A DNA stretch of 64,000 nucleotides from contig JAFLST010000011.1 in assembly GCA_022510815.1 (NCBI GenBank), positions 4,713-68,712 of the forward strand, in the 5' to 3' direction. The notes below the pieces were generated by a model. The model was given only the letters and a program-made list of their open reading frames with translations. It ran no database searches and was not told the origin of the DNA. The translations under genes and the position numbers were made by a program. Below are positions 9,950 through 21,613 of this stretch, piece by piece. How positions within the stretch are numbered: position 1 is the stretch's first letter; each line of letters begins with the position of its first letter. The DNA comes from Christensenellaceae bacterium. GTDB taxonomy: Bacteria; Bacillota; Clostridia; Christensenellales; Aristaeellaceae.

Positions 9950-10954
9950 GTGACCATTCGCGAGGAGCTGGAGGCCGAGGAAGCCCGGCGATTGTCGTCC
10001 CATGCCGTCTGCTCGGCGCGGTCCCGCGGGCGGGAAACACCCATTGAGCCCTGCCCGCTGCGGACAGACTTCCAGCGCGACCGGGACAGGATCATTCACA
10101 GCAAGTCCTTCCGCCGGCTGAAATACAAGACGCAGGTCTTCCTCTCTCCGGAGGGCGACCATTACCGCACGCGCCTGACTCACACCCTTGAGGTCGCGCA
10201 GATCGCCCGCACGCTGGCCCGCGCCCTGCGCCTGAACGAGGATCTGACCGAGGCCATCGCGCTGGGACATGATCTGGGGCATACCCCCTTCGGCCACATC
10301 GGCGAGCGCACGCTGGATGAGCTGATGCCCGAGGGTTTCCGGCACAACGAGCAGTCCCTGCGCATGGTGGAGACCCTCGAGAACGACGGCTCCGGCCTCA
10401 ACCTGACGTGGGAGGTCCGTGACGGCATTCTCTGCCACTCGGGCAAACAGGCTCCATCCACCCTCGAGGGCCACTGCGTCCGCCGGGCCGACCGCATCGC
10501 CTATCTGAACCACGACCTCGACGACGCCATGCGCGGCGGCGTCCTGCAGCCCTTTGAGCTGCCCTCTGACTGTCTCAAGATTCTTGGCCCGACCCACGGC
10601 GAGCGCATTAACCGCATGATTCTTGACATTGTCGAGAATAGCCGTGACCGCGCCGAGATCGCCATGTCCCCGCTCATGCAGTCCGCGATGGACGGCCTGC
10701 GGGAGTTCATGTTCGAGAAGGTCTACCGCGACAAGTGGCGCAAAGCCGAGGAAGACCGCTGCGACCATGTCATCCGCGAGCTCTTCCGCCACTACAGCGA
10801 GCACCCCGGCGAGATGCCCGAGGAGTACATCCTCATCGGCTACCGCGAAGGCACCGCGCGGGCGGTCTGCGACTTCCTCTCCTGCATGACGGATCGATAC
10901 GCCATCCGGCTGTATCAGCAGCTTTTCGTGCCGTCGGGGTTTGCGACGCTGTGA
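9950..10954 (+). CDS. dgt: dGTP triphosphohydrolase-like HD-domain protein
   Basis: HD motif THTLEVAQIAR...LGHDLGHTPFGH. GTG start after GGAAGGAGG. Sits directly upstream of dnaG, as in many Firmicutes. Confidence 0.8.
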   Translation: MTIREELEAEEARRLSSHAVCSARSRGRETPIEPCPLRTDFQRDRDRIIHSKSFRRLKYKTQVFLSPEGDHYRTRLTHTLEVAQIARTLARALRLNEDLTEAIALGHDLGHTPFGHIGERTLDELMPEGFRHNEQSLRMVETLENDGSGLNLTWEVRDGILCHSGKQAPSTLEGHCVRRADRIAYLNHDLDDAMRGGVLQPFELPSDCLKILGPTHGERINRMILDIVENSRDRAEIAMSPLMQSAMDGLREFMFEKVYRDKWRKAEEDRCDHVIRELFRHYSEHPGEMPEEYILIGYREGTARAVCDFLSCMTDRYAIRLYQQLFVPSGFATL

Positions 10955-11106
10955 CGGCAGGGAGACGATACAGGGGGCGGCTTTGAAACCCCACCCCCCC
11001 TGCCGGCTCCTCCGCTCATGGAGCGGAAAAGTTATCTTGCGCATTCCTGATCATGCTGCATATCGCGCATGCGGCATGATCGCTCCGCAGAGGGAGATCA
11101 TCCTGT

Positions 11107-11138
11107 GCTTTGTCTGTCTGGAATCAGACAGACAAAGC
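11107..11138. repeat. perfect 14-bp hairpin in the dgt-dnaG spacer
   Basis: gctttgtctgtctg gaat cagacagacaaagc. No U-tract follows it. See the repeat-family finding. Confidence 0.5.
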
Positions 11139-11231
11139 CTGCGGCCCTCGCAAAGGCGACCCTGTCACTTTTGCGACTTTCCGGGCAGGAAATAAGCGAA
11201 GCGTGGCGAAATATAGGGCAGGTGATGAGCA

Positions 11232-13016
11232 ATGGCATCACGCTTTCCGGCCGCGTGGCTGGACGAGTTGCGGCAGCGGTCCGACATCGTACAGGTCATA
11301 TCCGGCTACATGCAGCTCAAGCGCAACGGGCGCAAGTACTGGGGGCTGTGCCCCTTCCACGGGGAGAAGACGGCGTCCTTCTCCGTCGACGCGGAGCAGC
11401 AGCTTTACTACTGCTTCGGCTGCAAGGCGGGCGGGAGCGTCATCCAGTTCGTCATGGACATCGAGCGGATGGACTTTCAGGAAGCCGTGCGCTTTCTGGC
11501 GGATCAGCAGCGGATGCCCCTGCCCCAGATGGAGGACGACGAGGACTATCAGCGCCGCCGCACCCAGCGGGACAGGCTCCTCGGCGCAAACAAGGAAGCC
11601 GCCCGATATTTCCATCAGATGCTTTTCACTGACGCGGGCAAGCCCGTGCTCAGCTACCTCAAGCGCCGCGGCGTGACGGATAACGTGATCCGCCGCTTTG
11701 GTCTGGGCGCGGCCCCGGAGAGCTGGGACTCGCTGACAAAGCACATGCGGGAGCTGGGCTACACGGACGACGAGCTGCGGCTGTGCGGCCTGACCGTCAT
11801 CAAGGAGGCGGAGCCCGCCACCGAGGACAGGCCCGCCAGACCCCGCCGCGCCTTCGACATGTTCCGCAACCGCGCCATCTTCCCGATCATCGACCAGTAC
11901 GGCAACGTGCTGGCCTTTGGCGGCCGGGCGCTGGGCGATCAGCAGCCCAAGTACCTGAACACCTCCGACACGCCGGTTTTCAACAAGCGGCTGGGCGTGT
12001 ATGCGGCCAACCTCCTGCGCAAGGAACGACATCTGGAGCGGGTTGTGCTGGTGGAAGGATACATGGACGTGGTATCGCTCTCGCAGTTCGGCGTGACGGG
12101 CGTGTGCGCGACGCTGGGCACCGCGCTGACCAACGAACAGGCGCGTCTGCTCAAAAAATTCGCCCCGAAGGTCTATCTGGCCTACGACGGCGACAGCGCC
12201 GGACAGCACGCCATTCTCCGGGGCCTTGACATCCTGAAGGCCGAGGGCATCCCCGCCCGGGTGCTGGATTTCCCCGACGGCCTTGATCCGGACGAATTCA
12301 TCCGCCGGGACGGGCTGGAGGGCTTCGACAGGCTCCCCGCCCTGACGCCGGAGACCTACCGCATGCGCCGGCTGAAGGAGGAGTACGACCTCTCCTCGCA
12401 GGAGGGCCGCACCGAATATGCCCGGGCCTGCGCGAACATCCTGCGCGATCTGGAGCCTGTGGAGCTGGAGGGCCACCTGCAGGAGCTGATGGTGCAGACG
12501 GGCTTTACCCGGGAGGTACTGGTGGCGCAGATCGGCGTTCGCGCGCCGCAGACCGCCGCCGTTCCCTCTCCTGCGCAGCAGCCCCGGCCCGCCAGACGCC
12601 CTGACGCCGCCGTCAGCGAGGACACGCGCGCGCAGGAGCTGCTGATATCCCTGTTTGCCACGGGCCGCGTGCCCGTTGACATTGCCTCTGCGGAGGACTT
12701 TGACGACCCGCTGCTCCGGCTGCTCTATGAGGAGCTGAGCGGCGGCGCGTCTCCCGCGGGGCTCGCCGAAAGCCAGCAGGACGAGGGCTCCCGGGAGCGG
12801 GTCAGCCGCCTGCTGATGGCGCCTCCCGGAGAGGATCGCGACCAGCTCATCGAGATGGCCCGCGACTGCCTGAACCGGCTGCGGATCATCCGCTGTCAGG
12901 AGCGGCTAAACGGCATCATGCGCTCGATCAACACCCTGGACGGCGAGGAAAAAGCCGCCGCCATGCGGGAAGCGCAGCGCCTGAACACCGAATTGAAACG
13001 ACTCAAGTCCGCCTGA
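11232..13016 (+). CDS. dnaG: DNA primase
   Basis: Zinc finger [13 protein letters not shown]...[10 protein letters not shown], a TOPRIM region ([10 protein letters not shown]) and 594 aa. Confidence 0.92.
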   Translation: MASRFPAAWLDELRQRSDIVQVISGYMQLKRNGRKYWGLCPFHGEKTASFSVDAEQQLYYCFGCKAGGSVIQFVMDIERMDFQEAVRFLADQQRMPLPQMEDDEDYQRRRTQRDRLLGANKEAARYFHQMLFTDAGKPVLSYLKRRGVTDNVIRRFGLGAAPESWDSLTKHMRELGYTDDELRLCGLTVIKEAEPATEDRPARPRRAFDMFRNRAIFPIIDQYGNVLAFGGRALGDQQPKYLNTSDTPVFNKRLGVYAANLLRKERHLERVVLVEGYMDVVSLSQFGVTGVCATLGTALTNEQARLLKKFAPKVYLAYDGDSAGQHAILRGLDILKAEGIPARVLDFPDGLDPDEFIRRDGLEGFDRLPALTPETYRMRRLKEEYDLSSQEGRTEYARACANILRDLEPVELEGHLQELMVQTGFTREVLVAQIGVRAPQTAAVPSPAQQPRPARRPDAAVSEDTRAQELLISLFATGRVPVDIASAEDFDDPLLRLLYEELSGGASPAGLAESQQDEGSRERVSRLLMAPPGEDRDQLIEMARDCLNRLRIIRCQERLNGIMRSINTLDGEEKAAAMREAQRLNTELKRLKSA

Positions 13017-13056
13017 ACCGAAACGGCGGCAGTCTGGAATAAGGAGAGGATTCCGT

Positions 13057-14133
13057 TTGACGCTTTCTCCTGATGACCGTCAGGCAGGGCTCAACGCATT
13101 ACTAACCGAGGCCGATGAAGCCGGCGCCGTGACATGGGAGACCCTGACGGAGCGCGCCGCCGGATTGCATCTGGACGCGGAAGCCATGGAGGAGCTGCTC
13201 GCGTCGCTGAGCGCCATGGGCGTGACCGTTCAGGACAAGACTCCCGACGCTCAGCCCGCTGAACCTTCTGCTCCGGCCGAGGATCCCCTTGAGGGCGGCG
13301 CGGAGCTGGACGACCCGGTTCGCATCTATCTGCGGGATATCGGGCGCATCCCGCTGCTGACCTCCGAGGAAGAGCGAGAGGTCGCCCGTCTGCTGGCTGA
13401 AGGCACGCCCGAGGAGCAGGCCGACGCCCGCCAGCGACTGTCCGAAGCAAACCTGCGGCTGGTAGTCTCCATCGCCCGGCACTACGCGGGCCGCGGCATG
13501 TCCCTGCTGGATCTGATTCAGGAGGGCAATCTGGGCCTCATCAAGGCCGTGGAAAAGTTCGACTACCGCAAGGGCTTCAAGTTCTCCACCTACGCGACAT
13601 GGTGGATTCGTCAGGCCATCACCCGCGCCATCGCCGGGCAGGGCCGCACCATCCGCATCCCGGTGCACATGGTGGAGACCATCAATAAGCTGATCCGCAT
13701 CAGCCGCCAGCTCCTGCAGGAGCTGGGCCGGGAGCCCACCCATGAGGAGATCGCCGAGCGCATGGGCATCAGCGCAAGCAAGGTGCAGGAAATCACCCGG
13801 CTGGCGCAGGACCCCATCTCCCTCGAGACGCCCATCGGCGAGGAGGCGGACAGCCGCCTCGGGGACTTCATCACCGATACCTCCGCGCCGGCTCCCGACG
13901 AAGCTGCCCTGACCACCCTCATGCACCAGCAACTTCAGGAGGTGCTGGGTACGCTGACGCCCCGGGAGCGCGACGTGCTCTCCCTGCGCTATGGCCTGCC
14001 CGACGGCCGTGAACGCACCCTTGAAGAGGTTGGCCGCGAATTCCACGTCACCCGCGAGCGCATCCGCCAGATCGAGGTGAAGGCGCTGCGCAAGCTGCAC
14101 CAGTCCAGCCGGCTTGGCAAGCTGATGAGCTGA
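13057..14133 (+). CDS. sigma-70 family sigma factor, divergent RpoD paralog
   Basis: TTG start after AAGGAGAGG. Regions 1.2-4.2 are present ([25 protein letters not shown]). It has GQGRTIRIP instead of DQARTIRIP and lacks the C-terminal RHPSRS motif. Confidence 0.85.
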   Translation: MTLSPDDRQAGLNALLTEADEAGAVTWETLTERAAGLHLDAEAMEELLASLSAMGVTVQDKTPDAQPAEPSAPAEDPLEGGAELDDPVRIYLRDIGRIPLLTSEEEREVARLLAEGTPEEQADARQRLSEANLRLVVSIARHYAGRGMSLLDLIQEGNLGLIKAVEKFDYRKGFKFSTYATWWIRQAITRAIAGQGRTIRIPVHMVETINKLIRISRQLLQELGREPTHEEIAERMGISASKVQEITRLAQDPISLETPIGEEADSRLGDFITDTSAPAPDEAALTTLMHQQLQEVLGTLTPRERDVLSLRYGLPDGRERTLEEVGREFHVTRERIRQIEVKALRKLHQSSRLGKLMS

Positions 14134-14238
14134 TTGACCGCCTGTTGACAGCGCTGACTGTATTCCTTCTTTAGCTGCCTCGCAAAAGCGCCCTGTGCCT
14201 TTGCGAAGCCTCCCGCGACCCGTAAAGGAGTGGTCCCG

Positions 14239-15336
<1,098 letters not shown>

Positions 15337-15438
15337 GATACGCAAGAAGGGGCGCGGTGGAGCTGCGGCATGGCCGCTTTCCGCTGCGCCCCTTCTGCGC
15401 GCCATGAGACGAAGGACGCCGCGATGACGGGAGGCCGC

Positions 15439-16110
15439 ATGATACTGGACGAAAGATTATCCCTTGCCGCGTCGCTCTATGAGCCCTGCGAGTTAGGCGC
15501 GGATATCGGCACCGACCACGGGCTGCTCCCCTGCCACCTGCTGGAGAGCGGCGTCTGCCAGCGCATGATCCTTGCTGACGTCAGCCCCAAAGCGCTGCGC
15601 CACGCGGAGGAGCTGGTGCATGCCCTGCATTTGCAGGATCGGGCCCTGCTGACCTGCGCCGACGGCCTTGACGCGCTGACGGAGCCCTGCGGCTGCGTAT
15701 CGGTGATGGGCATGGGCGGCGGCACCATCGCGTATATCCTGCGGCGAGGGCGCGACCGGCTTCATGGCGCGGCGCTGGTGCTCTCGGCGCATACGGAACA
15801 GCCCTTGGTGCGGGAAGCGGTGCGGGATATCGGCTATCACCTGACCAGAGAAGCGCTCTGCAAGGCGGCAGGGCGATTCTATGTGTTCTGGCGCGCCGAA
15901 CCCGGTGCGCAGGCTATATCCGACGAGGATATCCGCTACGGCAGCCTGCTCTGGCTGGAGGATACCCCCCTGCTAAGGGAGTATCTCCGGCATCGCATCC
16001 AGTTCATCCGGTCGAAGCTGGAGGGGCTGCTCTCCGCCGCCGCACCCGACCACGCCGCCATCGCCGAGGCCCAGAGAGACCTTGACTGGTATCTTGCCAA
16101 GGAGGAATGA
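15439..16110 (+). CDS. trmK: tRNA (adenine22-N1)-methyltransferase
   Basis: Motif GADIGTDHGLLPCHLL. Start chosen at the ATG after GGGAGG. Typical position after rpoD. Confidence 0.8.
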   Translation: MILDERLSLAASLYEPCELGADIGTDHGLLPCHLLESGVCQRMILADVSPKALRHAEELVHALHLQDRALLTCADGLDALTEPCGCVSVMGMGGGTIAYILRRGRDRLHGAALVLSAHTEQPLVREAVRDIGYHLTREALCKAAGRFYVFWRAEPGAQAISDEDIRYGSLLWLEDTPLLREYLRHRIQFIRSKLEGLLSAAAPDHAAIAEAQRDLDWYLAKEE

Positions 16111-16871
16111 CCATGCTCACCGTGAAGGACATCTACAATACCATCGACAGCCTCGCGCCCTTCGCGTCGCAGGACAGCTTTGACAACGCAGGGCTGCTGG
16201 TTGGCAACCCCGCGTGGGAGGTGCGCGGCATCCATGTCGCCATGGACGTGACCACCTCTGTGCTGGGCGAGGCCATTGCGAACGGCGCGAACCTGATCGT
16301 CACGCATCACCCGATGATGTTCTCCGCCCGGAAGAATCTCGTCGAGACGGACAGCGAAGCCATTCTGCTCTGCCGGATGATCCGCCATGAGATCGCGCTT
16401 ATCGCCGCGCACACCAACCTCGACATGGCCCCCGGCGGCATCAACGACGTGCTGGCGGCGGCGCTCGGGCTGACAAACGTGTCCGGCGGGGGCTACCTGC
16501 GCGTCGGCGATCTTCCCGCGCCCATGACCGCCGAAGCCTTTGCCCGGCAGACGGGCGAGGCGCTGCATACCGCGGTGCGGCTGATGGGCCGTCCGGAGCT
16601 GGAAATCCGCCGGATCGGGGTGTCCTCGGGCGCGGGCAGCGAGTACTGGGAGGAAGCCCGGGCGCTGGGCGCGGACGCTTTCCTGACCGGCGAGATGAAG
16701 CATCACCACGCGCTGGCGGCGGCAGAGGCGGGCATGGTCACGCTGGAAGCCGGGCATCACGCCACCGAGGAGCCGGGGATTTTTGCGCTGGCCGACGCTT
16801 TACAAAATCACCTGAATGCGCTACAATATAAGGTACACGTGTCCAGATCGACGGCACGACCTTATTGCTGA
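16107..16871 (+). CDS. Nif3-like dinuclear metal-center protein (YqfO family)
   Basis: Motifs NLIVTHHPMMF and AAHTNLD, with C-terminal GHHATE. Has a 4-nt overlap with trmK. Confidence 0.85.
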   Translation: MTMLTVKDIYNTIDSLAPFASQDSFDNAGLLVGNPAWEVRGIHVAMDVTTSVLGEAIANGANLIVTHHPMMFSARKNLVETDSEAILLCRMIRHEIALIAAHTNLDMAPGGINDVLAAALGLTNVSGGGYLRVGDLPAPMTAEAFARQTGEALHTAVRLMGRPELEIRRIGVSSGAGSEYWEEARALGADAFLTGEMKHHHALAAAEAGMVTLEAGHHATEEPGIFALADALQNHLNALQYKVHVSRSTARPYC

Positions 16872-16891
16872 CAAATCAAGGAGGGTATCGC

Positions 16892-17596
16892 ATGGAACAG
16901 CTCGCCATGTTATGGGAATATCAGCAGGAGGATATGAAGGCCGACCGCCTTGCCAATGAGATCAAGCGCAATCCGCTGCGGCAGAAGCTGGAGCAGGACC
17001 GCAATCTGTATATGGAGAAGAAGCAGCAGCACAAGCAGATTCAGGAGCAGGTTGCCGTGCTGGCTGACCGCAAGGACGCCATCCGCGATGCCATCGCCCG
17101 CTGCGAGGAGCAGCTCAAGGGCCTGTCCGACCGCTTCGCCAACGATCCGCCGCAGGATCTGGACGCTGTCCGCGCGCTGATGATCGAGGTTGCCCGCTGC
17201 AAGGACACCATCGCCTCCTACGAAGGTGAGATGAAGCGCATGGTCAAGGATGTGGGCGACCACAACCAGAAGCAGCGCACCCTGAGCCACGAGGCCGCCG
17301 GCCTGCGCGCGGAGTTTGAGAAGCTCAAGGCACAGTATGACAAGGAGAGCCCCGAAAAGAAGGCCGCGCTGGACGCTCAGCGGGCCGTCGCCAAGGAAAA
17401 GGCGCAGGGCATCGACCCCAAGCTGATGGAGCATTACGCCTCAATCCGCAAGCACATCGTGCCGCCCATGGCCCGGCTCATCGGCGACCAGTGCAGCGGC
17501 TGCAATACATCCCAGCCCTCGGCGCTGCTGCGCAAGATCAAGAGCGGCTCCGAGATCGTTGAGTGCGAAACCTGCGGGAGGATGATTATCCAGTAA
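16892..17596 (+). CDS. coiled-coil protein with C-terminal C4 zinc ribbon (COG1579-type)
   Basis: ATG after AAGGAGGG. A long heptad-rich region ends in CSGCNTS...CETCGRMI. Confidence 0.7.
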   Translation: MEQLAMLWEYQQEDMKADRLANEIKRNPLRQKLEQDRNLYMEKKQQHKQIQEQVAVLADRKDAIRDAIARCEEQLKGLSDRFANDPPQDLDAVRALMIEVARCKDTIASYEGEMKRMVKDVGDHNQKQRTLSHEAAGLRAEFEKLKAQYDKESPEKKAALDAQRAVAKEKAQGIDPKLMEHYASIRKHIVPPMARLIGDQCSGCNTSQPSALLRKIKSGSEIVECETCGRMIIQ

Positions 17597-17617
17597 CCCG
17601 ATCCAGCCGAAGGGAGA

Positions 17618-18178
17618 ATGCAGACCGTGAAAAAGCTGATGGCCTTTGTGTTCGCTTTCATCCTGTGCATCGGCGCTGTGCCTGCGTTCGCGTCGTTCAT
17701 TGATCTCTCCGCCATGTCCGACGAGGAGCTGCTGCAGCTCCGTGCCGACATCGACGCTGAGCTCTCCGCCCGCTCCGCGACCCCGCTTCTGGCCGGCGGC
17801 ACCCTGCTGGAGGGTGATTTGGGCGAATACCACGTTGCGCTGACGGATATCCAGCGCGCGACGGGCAGCAGCAACACGCCCTGCGTGATCCTGTCCTTCC
17901 TGTTCACCAACAACGGCTCAGACGCCGCCGCCTTCACGATGGCGATTGCCAAATCGGTCTATCAGAACGGCGTCGAGTGCGAAATGGCGCTCTTCACAAC
18001 GCCCAGCGTCAATGGCATGAAATCCCTGATGGACGCTATGGACGGCGCGTCGATTGAAGTACAGTCTGCCTTTGAGCTCCACGACGCCGAAAGCCCGATC
18101 GAGATCGAGCTGCGGGAGCTGTTCAACTGGCTGCCCAACGCGCCGACCCTCGTGGGAACCTTCGCGCTTCCCGACTAA
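17618..18178 (+). CDS. secreted hypothetical protein
   Basis: Signal peptide MQTVKKLMAFVFAFILCIGAVPAFA. No family was recognised with certainty. Confidence 0.5.
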   Translation: MQTVKKLMAFVFAFILCIGAVPAFASFIDLSAMSDEELLQLRADIDAELSARSATPLLAGGTLLEGDLGEYHVALTDIQRATGSSNTPCVILSFLFTNNGSDAAAFTMAIAKSVYQNGVECEMALFTTPSVNGMKSLMDAMDGASIEVQSAFELHDAESPIEIELRELFNWLPNAPTLVGTFALPD

Positions 18179-18193
18179 TCAGGACATATGATA

Positions 18194-18219
18194 AGAGCCG
18201 GTTACCCGGCTCTTTTTTT
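18194..18219 (+). terminator. intrinsic terminator
   Basis: agagccgg ttac ccggctct followed by TTTTTT. Confidence 0.8.
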
Positions 18220-18337
18220 GATGAATGCGGCTGATTCCCGGCAAACATCAACGGGAGTTCATTGTATTTCGATCAAGGAGATGGTACAATAAGCGCGTAT
18301 TTATTTTCTCAAAAGCCCGAATCGGAGGAGCCCTGTT

Positions 18338-19213
18338 ATGCATTCCATCGGCATTGCCACCGACAGCCATTCCGGCATCAGCCCGCAGGACGCGGAAGCA
18401 CTGGGCATACGGGTGCTGCCCATGCCCTTCACCATCAACGGTGAGAATTATCTGGAGGGCGTGACGGTCTCCCGGGAGGAATTCTTCGCCTATCAGCAGG
18501 CGGACGCGGACATTGCCACCTCTCAGCCCGCGCCGACGGACGTCCTTGCCCTGTGGGACGAGATGCTTGCCACCTATGACGAGATTCTTTATCTGCCCAT
18601 CAGCAGCGGCCTCAGCGGCTCCTGCGGCGCGGCCATGGCTCTGGCGGAGGAAGAGCCCTACGCGGGCCGGGTATTCGTGGTGGACATCGGCCGGGTTTCT
18701 GTGCCCCTGCGCAGCGCGGTGACGGATGCGGTCAATCTGGTCAGGGCCGGTCACTCCGCCGCCGAGGTCAGGGAGATTCTCGAGCGCACCAAGGACGACA
18801 TGGTCATCTATGTGGCTGTGCAGACCCTCCAGCACCTCAAAAAGGGCGGGCGCATCAGCCCCACCGTGGCGGCGGTCGGCACGCTGCTGCATATTAAGCC
18901 CATCCTTCATTTATCGATCGGCCTGCTGGAACCCTTCAAGAACTGCCGGGGCTTCACCAAGGCCCGCGAGGCAATGATCGAGGCGGTGCGCCACGATCTG
19001 GACACCCGCTTCAGCGACGCTCACCTCCGAGGCGACCTTCACCTGATGGCAGCATCCAGCGCCTCGGCGGAGGAAACGGCTTCTTGGGTGGCGGAGATCG
19101 AAGCCGCTTTCCCGGGCATGCCGGTCACCTGCGACTACCTGTCGCTGGGCGTGAGCTGCCACACCGGCGAAGGAGCGCTGGGCATCGGCCTGTGCTGTTC
19201 GCCGAGACCGTAA
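18338..19213 (+). CDS. DegV-family fatty-acid-binding protein
   Basis: N-terminal IGIATDSHSGISP and a TSQP motif. 291 aa with a GGAGGAG RBS. Confidence 0.85.
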   Translation: MHSIGIATDSHSGISPQDAEALGIRVLPMPFTINGENYLEGVTVSREEFFAYQQADADIATSQPAPTDVLALWDEMLATYDEILYLPISSGLSGSCGAAMALAEEEPYAGRVFVVDIGRVSVPLRSAVTDAVNLVRAGHSAAEVREILERTKDDMVIYVAVQTLQHLKKGGRISPTVAAVGTLLHIKPILHLSIGLLEPFKNCRGFTKAREAMIEAVRHDLDTRFSDAHLRGDLHLMAASSASAEETASWVAEIEAAFPGMPVTCDYLSLGVSCHTGEGALGIGLCCSPRP

Positions 19214-19231
19214 GATCAGCAGAAAAACAGA

Positions 19232-19266
19232 AGTCACAGATATTGATCCAATATCTGTGACTTTTC
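19232..19266. terminator. bidirectional intrinsic terminator
   Basis: 14-bp perfect stem agtcacagatattg/caatatctgtgact with a 3-nt loop. It has a T-run downstream and an A-run upstream. Confidence 0.75.
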
Positions 19267-19473
19267 CTATGCGTTTTTTCTCTGTTGGCAGGCATTCCGC
19301 TCGTTAATCCTTCGGACTCTTCGTTGAAAAGAACAGCATACAAGAGCATACGGTAGCAACAGCGCAGCATGCAATTCCAAGTGCGCGTTATCGCTAAAAA
19401 TGATGGACAGCAGCAGCCCCGTATACGCAAGGAGCGCAGTCATCCGCAAGATGCGCTTTACTCTTTTGCTCAT
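19267..19473 (-). CDS. small membrane protein
   Basis: 68-aa ORF with one hydrophobic span. Its start overlaps the upstream stop (ATGA). Confidence 0.4.
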   Translation of the reverse strand: MSKRVKRILRMTALLAYTGLLLSIIFSDNAHLELHAALLLPYALVCCSFQRRVRRINERNACQQRKNA

Positions 19474-19667
19474 GCGCCCTGCCCTCCGCGGCTAATACGT
19501 TTCCATAAGCGCGTTTTCGCTGCTCTGATTTTTGACAGGTGTCGGCTGGTGTATATCACGCCTGTGATCAAAGCGCCAATGATAAGTCCGAGCGCAATAT
19601 CCACAAGGGTTTTATATGGCTGCGCCTCCGTCAGACCAAAAGCGTCAATGGCGAGATAGACCGTCAT
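19470..19667 (-). CDS. small membrane protein, probably the detached C-terminal part of the XRE regulator upstream
   Basis: 65-aa ORF with a TM span. Its frame stays open upstream to about 19760 and reads EDADYSNTEK..., a typical continuation of XRE-TM regulators. Confidence 0.4.
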   Translation of the reverse strand: MTVYLAIDAFGLTEAQPYKTLVDIALGLIIGALITGVIYTSRHLSKIRAAKTRLWKRISRGGQGA

Positions 19668-19996
19668 GCTGACAAGCCCTGCAATACATACATGTTGCAG
19701 CCTTTGGGACAGATTTGCTTTTTCAGTATTGCTGTAGTCTGCATCTTCAATAAGGTTTCTTCAGTCTGTTCGTCCATGGCCCTGCTTTTCCTTTCTCCAT
19801 CCAAAATCTCTCCAATGTCGACATCGTAGAATTTCGCCAGCTGAATGAGCAAATCGAGATCGGGCATCGTGACGCCGTTCTCCCAACGAGAGATACTGCG
19901 GTTGGACATCCCCAGCACCTCAGCGAGCTGTTCCTGCGTGAGGTTTTTTTGATGGCGTAGCTCCTTGAGAAACCGACCCACCTTTTGCTGGTTCAC
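19664..19996 (-). CDS. XRE-family helix-turn-helix regulator (possibly frameshifted)
   Basis: GTG start 7 nt after GGAGG. HTH is LTQEQLAEVLGMSNRSISRWENG. Confidence 0.7.
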   Translation of the reverse strand: MNQQKVGRFLKELRHQKNLTQEQLAEVLGMSNRSISRWENGVTMPDLDLLIQLAKFYDVDIGEILDGERKSRAMDEQTEETLLKMQTTAILKKQICPKGCNMYVLQGLSA

Positions 19997-20164
19997 AAAT
20001 CGTTGCCTCCTTTCGCATTCAAAATAGCCTCTTTGACGGAGAAAGTACACGACAAAGACTGAGAATGACGCATGACAACAGTTGAGAATGGCCCTCAACG
20101 CTCTGAAAACATGTGATAGCCTGTGGCGCAGAACAGCATCCGCTTCCTGCCATATGGCCGTCTA

Positions 20165-21613
20165 TTAGGCTTCTGTTCCATCCAGCGCCCTGTCCACGAG
20201 CCGCTGCAGCAGCATGGGGTTGGCCATGCCGCCGGAGAGGCCCATGGCCGCGCCCATCAGCGCCTTTTTCAGTGACAGCTTTCCCTTGCGGTAGCCCGCC
20301 ACCATGTCCGGGTGCTCCGCCAGCGCTTGCGACACAAAGGCCGCAAGTTGGGTCTCGTCATTGAGCTGCCGGAGATTCATCCGGTCAACATAGGCTTCCG
20401 GCTCCTCATCCCGCTCCCACAGCGCCGCGATGGTCTTCTTGGCCGCGCCGCTGTTGATGGCCCCGCTCTCCACCAGCTCGGCGACCCTTGCCAGATGGGC
20501 CGGCACGATGGGAATCAGCGCGTCCTCGCCCTCCATCAGCCGGAAAACCTCGGTGATCATCAGGTTGCCGAGGGTCTTCACGGCTTTGCAGCCCTGCGCG
20601 GCGGTCTCGAAATAGTCCGCGAGGTATTTGCCGGACACGAGCTGCTCTGCCGCATAGCTGGTCAGGCCGTAATCCGCCATGTAGGCCGCCTTTCGAGCAT
20701 CCGGGAGCTGCGGCAGCTCCGCACCCCACTGGCTGACGAGGTCGTCCCCCAGCACGATGGGCGCCAGATCAGGATCAGGGAAATAGCGGTAGTCGTTGGC
20801 GTTCTCCTTGCGGCGCATGGAGGAGGTTCTGCCCGTGCTCTGGTCAAAGCGCCGGGTTTCCTGCACGATGGCCTCGCCCTTCTTCACAGCCTCCACCTGC
20901 CGGCGATATTCCTCCTCAATGGCCCGCTGAACGGAGACGAAGCTGTTCAGGTTCTTCATCTCGGTGCGGGTACCGAAGGGTTCGCCGGGCTTATGAACGG
21001 ACAGGTTCACGTCGCAGCGCAGGGAGCCCTCCTGCATCCGGCAGTCGCTGACGCCTGTGTAGGCGATCACGGCCCTGAGCTTCTGCAGGTACGCGACGGC
21101 CTCTTGCGGGGTGCGGATATCCGGCTCGGAGACGATCTCGATCAGCGGCACGCCGCAGCGGTTGCAGTCGATGAGCGTGCCCTTCTCCGGGTCGTGCACC
21201 AGCTTGCCAGCATCCTCTTCAATGTGAATGCGCGTAATGCCGATGCGCTTCTGGCCCGCCTCGGTCTCGATCATCAGGTGGCCGTTCACGCACAGCGGCA
21301 GATCATACTGGCTGATCTGATACGCCTTGGGCAGGTCGGGATAGAAGTAGTTCTTGCGATCCTGCTTGGAATAGCGGGCGATGGTGCAGTCGGTGGCGAG
21401 GCCCGCCAGCACGGCGTAGTGCACCACCTGCCGGTTGAGCACCGGGAGCGTCCCCGGATAGCCCATGCACACCGGGCAGCACTGGGTGTTGGGGGCTGCG
21501 CCGAAGGCCGTCGAGCAGGAACAGAAGATCTTCGTCCGGGTCTTCAGCTCCACATGAACCTCGAGGCCGATGACCATCTCATAGCCGTCGATCATCTTCC
21601 ACTGTGCCATCAC
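20165..21613 (-). CDS. gatB: Asp-tRNA(Asn)/Glu-tRNA(Gln) amidotransferase subunit B
   Basis: N-terminus YEMVIGLEVHVELKT...CPVCMGYPGTLPVLN. 482 aa. Confidence 0.95.
   Translation of the reverse strand: MMAQWKMIDGYEMVIGLEVHVELKTRTKIFCSCSTAFGAAPNTQCCPVCMGYPGTLPVLNRQVVHYAVLAGLATDCTIARYSKQDRKNYFYPDLPKAYQISQYDLPLCVNGHLMIETEAGQKRIGITRIHIEEDAGKLVHDPEKGTLIDCNRCGVPLIEIVSEPDIRTPQEAVAYLQKLRAVIAYTGVSDCRMQEGSLRCDVNLSVHKPGEPFGTRTEMKNLNSFVSVQRAIEEEYRRQVEAVKKGEAIVQETRRFDQSTGRTSSMRRKENANDYRYFPDPDLAPIVLGDDLVSQWGAELPQLPDARKAAYMADYGLTSYAAEQLVSGKYLADYFETAAQGCKAVKTLGNLMITEVFRLMEGEDALIPIVPAHLARVAELVESGAINSGAAKKTIAALWERDEEPEAYVDRMNLRQLNDETQLAAFVSQALAEHPDMVAGYRKGKLSLKKALMGAAMGLSGGMANPMLLQRLVDRALDGTEA

Noticed and set aside
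15340-15410. Hairpin agaaggggcgc...gcgccccttct after rpoD as an intrinsic terminator
   Set aside because: It has a large 30-nt loop and no U-tract, and trmK follows closely, so read-through is likely.
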